The position numbers were made by a program, and so were the translations under genes. The notes beneath the pieces are model-generated. The model worked only from the letters and a program-made list of their open reading frames with translations, had not been told where the DNA came from and ran no database searches. Positions 1 through 12,720 of a stretch of DNA of 64,000 nt are shown in pieces. Source of the stretch: Octopus vulgaris (lineage: Eukaryota); NCBI GenBank assembly GCA_951406725.2, contig OX597817.1, forward strand, positions 32,860,001 to 32,924,000, read 5' to 3'. The stretch's first letter is position 1. Each line of letters begins with the position of its first letter.

Positions 1-199
1 AGGGGGGAAAAACAAAACTGAGTTATTTGTCATTATTGTGTCAATTTAGGAAATTTCCTCAGAAATTTTGTTACATTCCATACTCATACAATTTCTAAAA
101 GGGTATCTATTGGTCTTTAGAATATTCCTTAGAGTTATTCTTTGGTTTTAGATAAAAGATTAAACTACTATATCTTTTTTTTTACATTCTTTCATTTTT

Positions 200-583
200 T
201 TCATTTGTTTCAGTCATTTGACTGCGCCCATGCTGGAGCACCGCTTTTTAGTTGAGCAAATCGACCCCAGGACTTGTTCTTTGTAAGCCTAGTACTTATT
301 CTATCGGTGTCTTTTGCAGAACTGTTAAGTTATAGGAATGCAAACACACCAACATCAGTTGTCAAGTGATAGTAGGGCAACAAACACAGACACACAAACA
401 TATACATGTGCACACACACACACACATGATGGGCTTCTTTCAGTTTCCGTCTACCAAATCTACTCACATGTCTTTGGTCAGCCCAAGGCTATAGTAGAAG
501 ACACTTACCCAAGGTGCCACACAGTAGGACTGAATCCTCAACCATGTGGTTTGTAAGCAAGCTACTTACCACACAGCCACTCC
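200..583 (-). mobile_element. tRNA-derived SINE, family A (about 400 bp, CORE-like segment, internal (TA)/(TG) tract)
   Basis: Reverse complement of the consensus seen at 10059-10462: head GGAGTGGCTGTGTGGTAAG, B-box-like GGTTCAGTCC, CCTTGGGCAAGTG core, tail TGACTGAAACAAGTAAAAGAG. Confidence 0.9.
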
Positions 584-631
584 CCCCAAACAAAAGAATT
601 ACAAAATCCAATATTAAAGATAAAAAAAAAA

Positions 632-1005
632 TGTAGCTGTGTGGTAAGAGGTTTGCTTCCCAACCATATGGATCCAGGTTCAGTTCCACTGTGTGACATC
701 TGGAGCCAGTGTCTTCTATAGCTCCTGGTCAACCAAAGCCTTGTGAGTGGATTTGATAGATGGAAACTGAAAGAAGTCCATCATGTGTGTGTCTGTGTGT
801 ATATATATACATATTTTTGTCCCCCACCACCACTTGACATGTGGTGTTAGTTTGTTTACATCCCTGTAACTTAGCAGTTCAGGAAAAACCGATAGAATAA
901 GTACCAGACTTAGAAAAAAATAAATACTGAGGTTGATTTGGTCAACTAAACTCTTCAAAGCAGTGCTCCAGCATGGCTGCAGTTTAATGACTGCAACAAG
1001 TAAAA
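632..1005 (+). mobile_element. SINE family A
   Basis: TGTAGCTGTGTGGTAAGAGG...CTCCAGCATGGCTGCAG...CAAGTAAAA; diverged full-length copy. Confidence 0.9.
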
Positions 1006-1290
1006 CACACAGGAAGAAACTGATATGCTTTCTATCTTTTGACCTTCCAATTAAAAATAACATCAAAAAAGGATTTAGGTTCCATCTAAAATTTTAAAAT
1101 TTCATTCTAGTTATTATCAATGTTAAAGATATGTATAATTGCAAGTAGTTAATACTTATGGAGTCTAAGATAAGCATTGATCAGAATACTTGCATTTCTT
1201 CATATCTTGTAAAGTAGGTTCTTCAAAGAGGATTTTGTTGCTTTGATTGTTTGGTATTATATCTATGTACATATCTATGTGATTATTAAA

Positions 1291-1644
<354 letters not shown>

Positions 1645-1656
1645 GTATGTATATTC

Positions 1657-1990
1657 CTTTACTCTTTTACTTGTTTCAGTCATTTGACTGTGGCCATGCT
1701 GGAGCACCACCTTTAGTCAAGCAAATTGACCCCAGGACTTATTCTTTGTAAGTCTAGTACTTATTCTATCAGTCTCTTTTGCCAAACCGCTAAGTTACGG
1801 GGACGTAAACACACCAGCATTGGTTGTGAAGCGATGTTGGAGGAACAAGCACAGACACACAACCATATATATATATATATACACATATATATGACGGGCT
1901 TCTTTCAGTTTCTGTCTACCAAATCCACTCACAAGGCTTTAGTTGGCCTGAAGCTATAATAGAAGACACTTGCCCAAGGTGCCATGCAAT
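1657..1990 (-). mobile_element. SINE family A, 5'-truncated
   Basis: CTTTTACTTGTTTCAGTCATTTGACTG...GACACTTGCCCAAGGTGCCATGCA. Confidence 0.9.
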
Positions 1991-2202
1991 AAATATATAT
2001 ATATATATTTATTTATTTAAATTTTGCCTACAAATCTCAAAAGCATTTAGTTTACTGTTGAAATACCAGTTAATCACAATACTCTTTAAGGAATAATTTT
2101 ACAAAATCCTTTTGTTAAATACATATGCCATGATGGTGTTCCAGTTATTACTTTCCTATGGTGCTCAGACTATTCAAATGCTTCAACTAACCATGTTCGC
2201 TG

Positions 2203-2570
2203 GGTATGGCTGTGTGGTAAGAAGCTTGCTTCCCAACCATGTGGACTGGGGGCTCAGTCCTTCTGCAAGGCACCTTGGGTAAGTGTCTTCTATAGCCTTG
2301 GGCCAACCAGAGCCTTGTGAGTAGATTTGGTAGATAGAAACTGAAAGAAGTCCATCTTGTGTGTGTTCCCCACCACCACTGCTTGACAACTAGTGGTGAT
2401 GTGTTTACATCCCCATATCTTAGGGGCTCAGTAGAAGGTGACCAATAGAATAATTACTAGGCTTTAAAAAAGAAAGTACAGGGGTTGATACATTTGACTA
2501 AAAAAAGGTTTCAAGGTGGTGCTCCAGTATGGTCACAGTCTAATGACTGAATTGAGCAAAAGATAAAAGA
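2203..2570 (+). mobile_element. SINE family A
   Basis: GGTATGGCTGTGTGGTAAGAAGCTTGCTTCCCAACC...AAAAGATAAAAGA. Confidence 0.88.
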
Positions 2571-3103
2571 TATTTGAATTGTTTGTGCTTGATCAGAGAA
2601 CTGAGGAAATAACTTTAGTTCCTACAAGCCATCCTTAGGATTAAACTTGCTTCAAAGATAAAGGTAAGTATCCTTATCTTTTTGGGAGCATCAGAGACTG
2701 GTGGATAGAGAGAAGGAGTTGTCCTCAGACTGGAGACTTGCAACAGAATGGACCCTGCTAAAAGTATCCAAAGGCCAGGTGGTGGTTATTAAACCATATA
2801 TTATATGTTCCATATTATTAGACTATATAAGATTGCGCCTGCCTTTCTGCTTCTTGCTACTCATACTCTGTGTTCCTCATCAATTTCTACACTAAACATT
2901 ATAATGTGTCATTAATTCTGAAGACTGCTCTATGGAAATCTTTCTCATTCCACGTACTGCCATTTTACACTTTCTGAACTAATCACAACTACCTGCCCTT
3001 CTTTCTATTTGATTCAATACATGCCCTTTACACTTTAAAGGAATCATTGCTATCCATGTTTTTTTAGCATTCATTTTTCCATGCTCTCATGAGTGTAATG
3101 GAG

Positions 3104-3241
3104 ACTTTGCCTTTCATCCTTTCAGGGTCGATTAAATAAGTACCAGTTATGCACTGGGGTCGATATAATCGACTTAATCCATTTGTCTGTCATTGTTTGT
3201 CCTCTCTGTTTTTAGCCCCTTGTGGGTAGTAAAGAAATAGG
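3104..3241 (+). mobile_element. SINE family B, 5'-truncated, nested in an older element
   Basis: GACTTTGCCTTTCATCCTTTCAGGGTCGATTAAATAAGTACCAG...GTAGTAAAGAAATAGG, matching the 3' part of 59896-60130. Confidence 0.88.
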
Positions 3242-4271
3242 AATTTGTTGGGGTGAATTTTTTTTAATGGCTGGATGCCCTTCCTGTTACCAACCCTCAT
3301 TTGTTTCCAAGTGAGTTAATATTTCTCTGTCACCAGACATATTTTCAAAGAAGTTTCGAAATGTAGGACACCAATTGCATGATGGTGACACTCACAACTA
3401 TCATACGATGTCAAGGCATGGAGGTAGCAACATACACACATATCCACACAATGGGCTTCTTTTAGGTTCCATCTACCAACTCCACTCACAAGGCTTTGGT
3501 CAGCCTGGGTCTATAGTAGAAGACACTTGTCCAGGATGCCAGGCAATAGAATTAAACACAAAACAATGTGGTTGGAAAGCAAAACTCCTTCATCACACAA
3601 TTTTTTATTTTAACCGAATAAAATGTAATCTCTGATATGAAATTTTTTGGCAACTCAGACCAACTCTACTTTTATTCTTCCAAAGTACTATGCTATTAGT
3701 CCTAGCAATATTTCAAATGATATTTTAATAACATTGTATTTTACTAACAACCTCAATGCTTTTATAAATAAATTTGGGATAATCAAAAATAAAGTGTTTA
3801 AGGAAAAGCCTTTAGTTTCTTGTACATATGGTTGGGTTCTCATATAGTTAGTTGAGAAATTTTAGTAGACAAAAACCCTTTTTAGGAGTGTTTAAAATCT
3901 AAAAACAACAAAGGAAATGTAGAATATTATACTAAATGAAAAGAAAACCTGAGATTCAGAGGTTGAATTCAAATGAGATATGGCAGTGTGATTATACATT
4001 ATTTAGAAGCTTCTGTTGATCAGTTAACCATGTCTCTGCACAGAGCTGGGTGAAGGCGGGAACAGACACTACAAGGTATCTCATCAGGTGTTGTAACAAT
4101 TATGCCTAGCCACTACTCAAGATCGATTCATTTTACTATCAGTTTTGAAAGGATAAAAAAAAAAAGGTGTTAATATTGGTGGGATTTGAACTAAGAGTAC
4201 CGAGAGTCAGAACAAGTACCATGGGATATTCTATCCATTGCTCTAATGAGTCTGCTAATTTGTCACTGTAG

Positions 4272-4492
4272 TTTACACATTATCATTCAGATTACTCTAT
4301 GAAATATAATGCTTATTTATTCACGTTTTGAATTAATCATGTATTCTCTTAGCTTTGAAATTTCAGTTATGTTATTGTTTATTTTTAATGACATTGTAGG
4401 GTATGTGTGAGAAGCCAGATCTAGCCAGTTTGAACATAAAGCAGGTAGAATATTTGGACTGGATATGGTTGTTTTAAATGCTAAAGGGTTAA
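4272..4492. mobile_element. piggyBac-like non-autonomous element (MITE)
   Basis: The right end is AATGCTAAAGGG+TTAA. The left end TTTACACATTATCATTC is a decayed TTAA+CCCTTTAGCATT. A related, internally deleted, inverted copy lies at about 21062-21185. Confidence 0.65.
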
Positions 4493-6842
4493 ATCTGTAG
4501 ATCACTGGACATCTCACCAGGTGCAAATACTCTCTAAGTTGAAAAGCTAAAAATGTAGATTTGAAATTTTAACAGTTTTATTTAGTTAAGTTTTATAGAT
4601 TAGATTGCTTTTTATTTGTGAATGATTACAGAACATTTTCAAATAAGAATTGTTTCTCTGTATTAGCTTCTTGGTGTCAGTCATTTTATTTTATTGTTAT
4701 TAAATTGGTGCCTAATTTACTAGTTATATAAATGGTAGAGATGTATTCTTAAAGGCACAACACAGCATAAAATACATGACCACTCTAGTGCAGATGTCCA
4801 AAATCTTAACTTCTATTTTTACATATTAGCAAAGATATATTTTCTAGAAAGATAGATTAATCTCATTGTTATGAATAAAGATTTTCTATCTTAATATTAA
4901 TTATTCATCATCTATGTACCTTTCCATTTGTTATCTTTTGATAAACAATAAATTTCATCTTCTGAAGCCAAATATAGTTGTGTGACATAATTTTTTTCTC
5001 CTCACACATATGCATTGCTAGCTTGATTTTAAATTATCAGAAGTGATATATATGCATATGCTATTCGTTGTATATGCCACCCTCATACATGGTATGCATT
5101 TCTTATCAAACACTAGCTTTCAACTAGTACCAGCATCATGAAGCAGAAATTTCAGCTCCAATGGACAGATATTTCTTTTTTTTCATCGTTGAGCAAGTAA
5201 AAGTTCAGTGTAGCATTAAACATAACCTTTAATCTGTTGTCTAATTGTAGAGCTGGTCAGTAAACATCAATACTGTTGATGTAACTTTGCTATCAAGAAG
5301 GCATAGGGCAATATTTGCTCTCTAGCTATTCAAACTGGATATTATACATAGAATAATGCATTATGAAAATTTAGCCATTTTTATTTCTAGCCTCTAGATT
5401 TGCTAGACTTGATAAATGTATAATGTATTAGTATTTTATGAAGTTTATAACTAATGTTTCTCTTTGTGGAAACTGTTTAAATAAGAGCTGGAGAAACAGA
5501 AAGGGAAAGACAAAATGAAAGACGATCTATTTGGTGTTATTTATAAAACATGAAAGTATTATGTCAATGTGGAATTTATTGTTTATTAATATTCATATTC
5601 TTATAAGTATGTCATGTCTTAAACACTGGTTTAGTCTTCAGAGTTGAACATTAGTGAACGACTGTCTGGGCAATACATTTAAATATAAATCAATTGTTAC
5701 ATTAACTTGCAGAATGGTAGAGACTGCCAAAATATAAGAAACAGAATATTTATTGTACTAAATAGTGGATAATTTTGAGCTTTATGTCCCACAACCTAAA
5801 CAAATGACAAATATAATTTAACTCATTTCTACAAGTCAGGCTAACAACTAATAATAATTAGATATTTGCCAATAAAGTGGGTTTATAGTTGAATGAATCA
5901 ATAGGAACAAATCGGACATGTTATAAATATCTTGGCAAGATCAAGAGCAAAGTAAACTTTGGTCATATTTGAACCAAGAACATAAATTGATTAAATCAAA
6001 TACAACAAGGTATTTAATCTAGTGCTGTAATAATTCTTGAAATTCCTCAGCCTTTTTTAGTAACTGATAACTAATAATTTTACAACTGCAAATATTATAT
6101 ATAAATATATGTAAATATATTTCATGAGTAAATATAAATAATAATGTTAAATGATTACCAGAAGTATCAAGCATTTCTTGGATGCTGAACATGTAGAAAT
6201 GTTTTTTGTTAAATGACTTAACTTATAGCAAATTTTTAATGAATTGCTTTTTGTATTTAATTATATTTACATACATTTTTTTATTTTTATGAATCAAATA
6301 CGTGTCTAAAGTTCAATGTTTTTCGGTTTCTGTGATGTATGAAGCTTTTGAGACTGCGTTTACTGATAATTTTAGTTTTCTTGTCTTAAGAAAACACCTT
6401 ATTTTTGGTTTACTTTATATATTTTCTTGTAATTCTAAACTGATATACAATACATGAAATAAAAGCAATTCTAACAGAAAAGTGTTTCATTCAGCAACTG
6501 CTTTGAAGTAGCCATTTCTTATTCTGCAGTTTTATGTTCCATGTTGTATGCTTTCTGCATGGTCCAGCATGAATGCATGCAACATAAAATTGACCATGAG
6601 AGAACAAGGACTTCTCAGGTCAAATCCAGCAATTCGAAGGGCATGACCCTAGAATTTGCTGATTGTCATAGAAGAAGGTAGTGTCACTGGAACTTGAAGG
6701 TTCTTTAAGTGAAATAGCATATCTGATGGAATTAAGGAAATATGTGGATTAAAATTATCTTCCTTGGCACAATGATAGTGGCTCCTGTCACATGAAGCTA
6801 ATCTCAGTACATGATTTCAGATACCAAGGTAGATGGAAAATA

Positions 6843-7051
6843 ATTTATTCTTTCATATTTTCACATTAAATTTGTTTGTACTTCAAATATGTTCAGGTGT
6901 TATACCATATAAATTAGACTTCTTAAATTAAAAAATAAATTTTTTTTGGAAATATATTAACACATATAAATTATCTGATTTATGGAGCATAAAACCTGAA
7001 TAGTTTAGAGATATAAACAAATTTAAATGTAAAACAAAGAAAGAATAAATA
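6843..7051. mobile_element. Old AT-rich foldback or MITE with long degenerate inverted arms
   Basis: The left arm TTTATTCTTTC..CATTAAATTTGTTTG..TTCAGGTGTTAT..ATAAATTAGA aligns with the reverse complement of the right arm TCTGATTTAT..ATAAAACCTGAA..AAACAAATTTAAATG..GAAAGAATAAA. Confidence 0.65.
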
Positions 7052-7769
7052 TTTCTTTATTTTTCATATTTGAAGCCATGTATGAGTCTTATAATGGTAT
7101 GAATTTTAAAGGTAGAATTTTAATAATGATAGCATTCCAAATATATTCTCTAAGAAAACCTAAGGAAACCTCAGATCCAGAATTGTTTTACTTTGCATTA
7201 TTCTGGGTTGCCTCTGTATCTCCTTGTGAAATTTGGTAATATATTCGTTGAAGATAACCAGAGAAACATCAATTCTTATAGATGTTGATTTATAATATTA
7301 ATAATTTGAGATAAGGAGAAAAAAAGGGAAAATCTTGTAAGTTAAAATTTTAAATACAATTTATTATTCATATTTATTAAAACTTATTATTCTCAGAGAT
7401 TATGTAATTTCTCGTTTGTTTAATCATTCATCATTCTAGTGCTGTTACTGTATGACAACCTAAAGAATCATTGACCTAGCAGGCTAATTTAGATTGTTGA
7501 ACATAAAATGTAGGAGTAATATTTCTGACCACTTGAAAACAGAGAAGGGAACCGACCACTTGACTGAGTTGTGGCTGTAGATGTGATACATACAAATACA
7601 TATGCACATATATACATGCACACAAATAGCTTTGATTTAATTGGATAAAAACAAAAATATAAATTGGTTGACAGCTTCCACATGATGGTTATCTTGTATA
7701 CACCCATTTTAATCTTGGACAATAAACAATTAAAACCTTCAAAGTTGCTAGGCTCCACAATCACTGATG

Positions 7770-7950
7770 ATGTTGTTATTTAACTCTTATCAGCTCTATG
7801 ACCAAATGCATTCCAACCATGACCATCAAATTTTTTTTTGTATGTCCAGTGAACCCAAGACCATATTATGCAATGTGTCCTTTTCTATGATGTCAGGACA
7901 CGATTTGAGGGAGATTTTGTTGTTATTTTAGCAGGCTGAGTGACAGCATA
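7770..7950 (+). mobile_element. Old dispersed repeat family F (other copies near 9210-9410, 15250-15430, 20670-20850, 37020-37145, 40930-41110, 53150-53285)
   Basis: Shared motifs TATGA(T/C)CAAA..CATTCCA.CCATGACCAT and GATTTGAGGGAGATTT..T.CTATTT recur in both orientations. Confidence 0.6.
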
Positions 7951-7972
7951 AGCTAAGACTGTGTCCCATAGA

Positions 7973-8224
7973 TTAGTAATTCTCATCAGGTTTAGAAGTA
8001 CAGTAATGACTCCTACTAAAACTAGTAAAGATAAAATTAAAAGAATTGCGGTAATAAATGCAGATCATACAAATAAAGGAAGACATTCTATTTATGCTGC
8101 TTCTTGTATGTTAATAATAGTGGTAATGAAGATGATGGCTTCTAAAATAGATGAAATACCTGCCATGTGTAATGAAAAGATGGTTAAGTCTGCAGAGGAT
8201 CCCATATGAGCTAAATTTCTTGAA
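7973..8224 (-). pseudogene. cox1: NUMT: nuclear copy of a mitochondrial cytochrome c oxidase subunit I fragment
   Basis: The minus strand in the invertebrate mitochondrial code reads [76 protein letters not shown]. This matches the COI segment [72 protein letters not shown]. TGA sits at the Trp position and AGA at a Ser position; there is an in-frame TAA and many non-conservative changes. Confidence 0.95.
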
Positions 8225-8289
8225 TTCTTGCTGGTATTTTACAAAGTTCAAGTGAGAGCCATGATGGAATAAAAAAAAACAACAAAAAA

Positions 8290-8541
8290 CAGAAAGTTAC
8301 CTTTCCAGGTCATGCTGGCTTATAAGGGCCAGTTTCTTGGTTTCCATAGCATCTAAATTCCCTACCTGGAAAGGATGCCAGCCTGTGGTAAGATTACCCA
8401 TTTTTGTCAGCTGAGTGAAGTGAAGCAATGTGAATTGAAGTGTTTTGCTTAAGAACACAACATGTTGCTCAGTCAAGGAATTGAAACTACAATCTTACGA
8501 TCATGAGTCTGACACCCTAACCACTGAACCATGCACCTCCA
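8290..8541 (-). mobile_element. tRNA-derived SINE, family E (CORE-like TGTGT.CTT.AGCAA..CACTTCA.TTCACATTG)
   Basis: The minus strand starts GTGGAGGTGCATGGTTCAGTGGTTAGGGTG (A-box-like), has GTTTCAATTCC (B-box-like) and carries one copy of the unit that is amplified at 39338-39625. Confidence 0.8.
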
Positions 8542-8624
8542 CTAACGGAATAGCCCTCCCACCACCCAGTATGGAACCTTGTTGCTATTACACACATGAA
8601 CAACCCATACAGCACCTGAAAGAA

Positions 8625-8960
8625 ATCTGTCCTGCTGATTGGTAGATTCAGTCATCAGTACAGTCCACCTTCTCTCCCAAAGACATGCCAATTCTTTACT
8701 ATGTCTATTCTGCCATTTCTTCTATGGCCTCTGCTCCTCAGAATCATCTAGTGGCATACCACATCCATTGAATTGCACCTGTTATACCTGTCTATGCCTC
8801 ACTTGTCACTCATACTTCCACACTTTGCTCTCCCCCACACACACACATTACCCCTTCCTTCCTTCCTTCCCCAGACTGTCAACTTCCTTGGATTCATGTT
8901 TAAACCCACGTTTCGCTCCCACTCCCAATGGTCATTAATTCAGAGATGTTGAAGATAGAT
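8625..8960 (+). mobile_element. CR1/L2-group LINE, degenerate 3' end of ORF2
   Basis: ORF 8639-8938 (LSQRHANSLLCLFCHFFYGLCSSE...THYPFLPSFPRLSTSLDS) resembles the CR1-type C-terminus L.HRR.V.SLCLFYRY..G.CSSEL...SFFPRTS.LWNSL. Confidence 0.75.
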
Positions 8961-9490
8961 AGCAACTTCAATGTTATCAATGTCAGTGGACCTGCGAAAG
9001 TCAATTTAAAAGCTACATTGGAACCTGTTTTCAACCAAGGAAACTGTAGCAAGCAAAGTTTGCTCCAAGACAACACAATACAAGCCAGAAATGGAGTGAC
9101 ACACTACATGACCACTCGGTGCTCAAACCACAACCTATTGTCTTAAAAAATCAAAAAAGTATCAGATAATATAGTGTTAACTATATAACATCTGAATTAA
9201 AAATCCTCTACTTAATACTAAAAATAGCAACCAAATCTCTCTTAAATCACACACTGTTGTTTTAATAAATCAAGGTCACATTGGATGTTGTGTTTGATAC
9301 ATTACACCTGAATTAAAATGGGATTGACATGACTGGAACTGCTTTGATTATATATATATATCTGCTTACTTGGGGCAAATCTGGAGCTAGACAACACCAA
9401 CAATAAGAACACAATAGTTATTTGAATGACTCATCATTTGGTCGACAGTTGAACATCGTAACCTTACAGCAGTTGTGTTTCAGATATAAA

Positions 9491-9553
<63 letters not shown>

Positions 9554-9786
9554 AAAATAAAAAATAGAAGAGTATCATAGTTATCATGTGTAAATGGTTG
9601 AATGATATTTTGGCATCTAGCATGCCTTACACAGGTTCAAAAATTACATGTCAGTCTATTTCATTTTTTGTTAAAATTATATAGGACTGAGGCAACTCCT
9701 CCAGAAGTTATACAGAAATATCATCATCATCGTCATCGTCATCATCCTCATCATCATCATTATTATTATTATTATTATTATATCAT

Positions 9787-9999
9787 GGTGGTGAGCTAGC
9801 AGAATTGTTAGCATGCTGGGCGAAATGCCTAGCGGTATTTCGTCTGCCACTACGTTCTGAGTTCAAATTCCACTGAGATTGACTTTGCCATTCATCCTTT
9901 CAGGGTCAATAAATTAAGTACCAGCGAAACACTGGAGATGATATAATTGACTAGTCCCCTGCCCACCAAATTCCAGGCATTGTGCCTTCAGTAGAAAGG

Positions 10000-10057
<58 letters not shown>
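9787..10057 (+). mobile_element. SINE family B' with (ATT)n tail
   Basis: GGTGGTGAGCTAGCAGAATTGTTAGCATGCTGGGCGAAATG...GAGTTCAAATTCC...GTAGAAAGG(ATT)n. Confidence 0.88.
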
Positions 10058-10058
<1 letters not shown>

Positions 10059-10059
<1 letters not shown>

Positions 10060-10462
10060 GGCGCAGGAGTGGCTGTGTGGTAAGTAGCTTGCTAACCAAC
10101 CACATGGTTCCGGGTTCAGTCCCACTGCGTGGCATCTTGGGCAAGTGTCTTCTGCTATAACCCCGGGCCGACCAATGTCTTGTGAGTGGATTTGGTAGAC
10201 GGAAACTGAAAGAAGCCTGTTGTATATATGTATATATATATGTGTGTGTGTGTGTCTGTGTTTGTCCCCCTAGCATTGCTTGACAACCAATGCTGGTGTG
10301 TTTACGTCCCCGTCACTTAGCGGTTCGGCAAAAGAGATCAATAGAATAAGTACTGGGCTTACAAAGAATAAGTCCCGGGGTCGATTTGCTCGACTAAAAG
10401 GCGGTGCTCCAGCATGGCCACAGTCAAATGACTGAAACAAGTAAAAGAGTAAAAGAGAGAGT
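10059..10462 (+). mobile_element. SINE family A, young full-length copy
   Basis: CpG-rich, near-consensus copy, highly similar to 24288-24692 and 45895-46277. Confidence 0.93.
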
Positions 10463-11473
10463 ATTCAGACAGAGATGCTTTTCTTTATTTCCTATGTATA
10501 TGAACTCGTTATAAATACTATTCGTATTTACTAATAGGAATCTTACCATTTTTTTTTCTTAATGGAATGATACTGTAGCATTCAGTGTAATAGCATAAAA
10601 ATACTTTCTCTATTGCTTGACTGCAATTGGAGATCTTTGAGCTTCCCCTTAACATGATTCTGAATAACTATCTATTATTATGCTGAGTAAACCTGCTTTA
10701 AGGTAATTAACAGTAACTCACTAGTTTGGTATCAGTTAAAAACCTCTCCAGCATCTTCTTGTTATCACGACAGTATAACAATAGATGTAAGTATCATACA
10801 TAGGTAAGTGATGTCTTCAGTCTGAGACTTTCTTCACTTGGAGAGATTTATATATATCTATACTTGTTAATAGAGAGGATTCAATAACTATTCTACAATC
10901 TCTGCTAATACTTGATATGGTTCACGACATTACCATTTCTTTTTCATACTTCATCACCTTTTCTTTCCAGTCTCTTCATCTTTTAGTTGTTGATGCTGAA
11001 TTGCTGCTGTATCTGTTGTCACTTTACTTAATGCATTCTCAGTAAATATAATGTTTGGTTTGGAAAACTTCAGAAATTCGAAATTTTATATTTCTTCCAT
11101 AAACCTAAGTCTTTGTTTTTAGTGAAGAAACCATGTACGTGATTGTCATCAAAATGTATCCATTATATTCAATAGCTTTTGTTTGAGTGAGTGTGTGTGT
11201 GTGTATGTGTGTGTGTGCAGGTGTGCATGCACTACATATGTGTGAACAGGTATATTATTTATATTTTTTCAGTATCATAATTTTTGAATAATATTGTCAT
11301 TAGTTAGAGGTTTCCAGTGAGTTAATCACTGATTCACTGCATTGTGTGATGACAAGTGATAAGGGAGCATCTGTTCAACATGGGCATAACAAATATCACA
11401 AGCTAGTTAGTATGAATGTCATTGTTTGCGTGTGTATGTGAGACCTATGATTTTAGTCTTCATATGTAATGTA

Positions 11474-11873
11474 AGGCGTAGGAGTGGCTGTGTGGTAAGT
11501 AGCTTGCTTACGAACCACATGGTTCATGGTTCAGTCCCACTGCGTGGCACCTTAGGCGAGTGTCTTCTACTATAGCCTTGGGCCAACCAAAGCCTTGTGA
11601 GTGGATTTGGTAGACGGAGATTGAAAGCCTGTCGTATATATGTATATATACATATATCTATATATATATGTGTGTGTCTGTGTTTGTCCCCCCAACATTG
11701 CTTGACAACCGATGGTGGTGTGTTTACGTCCCCGTAACTTAGCGCTTCGGCAAAAGATATCGATAGAATAAGTACTAGGCTTACAAAGAATAAGTCCTGG
11801 GGTTGATTTGCTCTACTAAAGGTGGTGCTCCAGCATGCCCACAGTCGAATAACTGAAACAAGTAAAAGAGTAA
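11474..11873 (+). mobile_element. SINE family A, full-length
   Basis: AGGCGTAGGAGTGGCTGTGTGG...GAAACAAGTAAAAGAG. Confidence 0.93.
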
Positions 11874-11997
11874 GGTACAATATTTAGCATGCAGCTATAC
11901 TTAGTAGAGTGTCAAAGTAATTCGAGTGTCATTGACATCAGATGCTATGTATTTCACTGTGAAATTGTAAAATGAAATTTTACATGTTGTACAGCTT

Positions 11998-12385
11998 TTA
12001 CTTTTTTGCTTGTTTTAGTCATTGGATTGCAGCCAAGCTTGGGTACCAACTTAAAGGTTTTAGGGGGGGGGGACACAAAAAAAAAACTCCAGTACTTATT
12101 TTCTTGTTTTAAGTCTGGTACTTATCCATTTCGTTTTGTTTGCGAAAGTGTTAAGTAATGGGAATGTAAACAAACCAATACTGGTTGACAAGTGGTGGTG
12201 AGGCAAACACATATGTAAATGTATGTGCATGCATACACACACATATGCACACAATGAGCATCTTTCAGTTTCCATCTATCAGATCTACCCACAAGGTTTT
12301 GGTTGGCCCAGAAATATAATAGAAGGCACTTGTCCAAGGCACCACACAGTGGGACTAAAGCAGGAATCATTTGGTTGGGAAACAA
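11998..12385 (-). mobile_element. SINE family A, old copy
   Basis: GCTTGTTTTAGTCATTGGATTGCAGCC...CACTTGTCCAAGGCACCACACAGTGGGACT. Confidence 0.8.
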
Positions 12386-12720
12386 CTTCAATAAATGAGT
12401 ATCAGAACACTGTTGCATTCCATTTTGGAAGGGTCATCCAAATTAGTGTCTGTGTTGCATTCAGTGTAGTTAAATGTCTAATTGTTTTAGAGTTGTTATT
12501 AAATATTTTAATTATGGACAAGTAGCTGAGAAATGAATTAGAGATTTTACTTATATATAGAATGAAGGATTTTATTGTTGAATACATCTAGTGCACATTG
12601 TAGGAGATAAGTGGATGGTGCTGCCACAGATAGTATTAGTTGGAAGTAATGTATTGGAGTGAGAAATATCTAGGTTGATGTTGTCTAGAATGAGCTTCTC
12701 TAAGTATCTTTGAGAATGTG

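Noticed and set aside
7961-8209. 82-aa plus-strand ORF
   Set aside because: It is the antisense shadow of the cox1 NUMT.
10059-10135. tRNA gene at the SINE heads
   Set aside because: Only A- and B-box-like remnants without a convincing cloverleaf, continuing directly into the SINE body.
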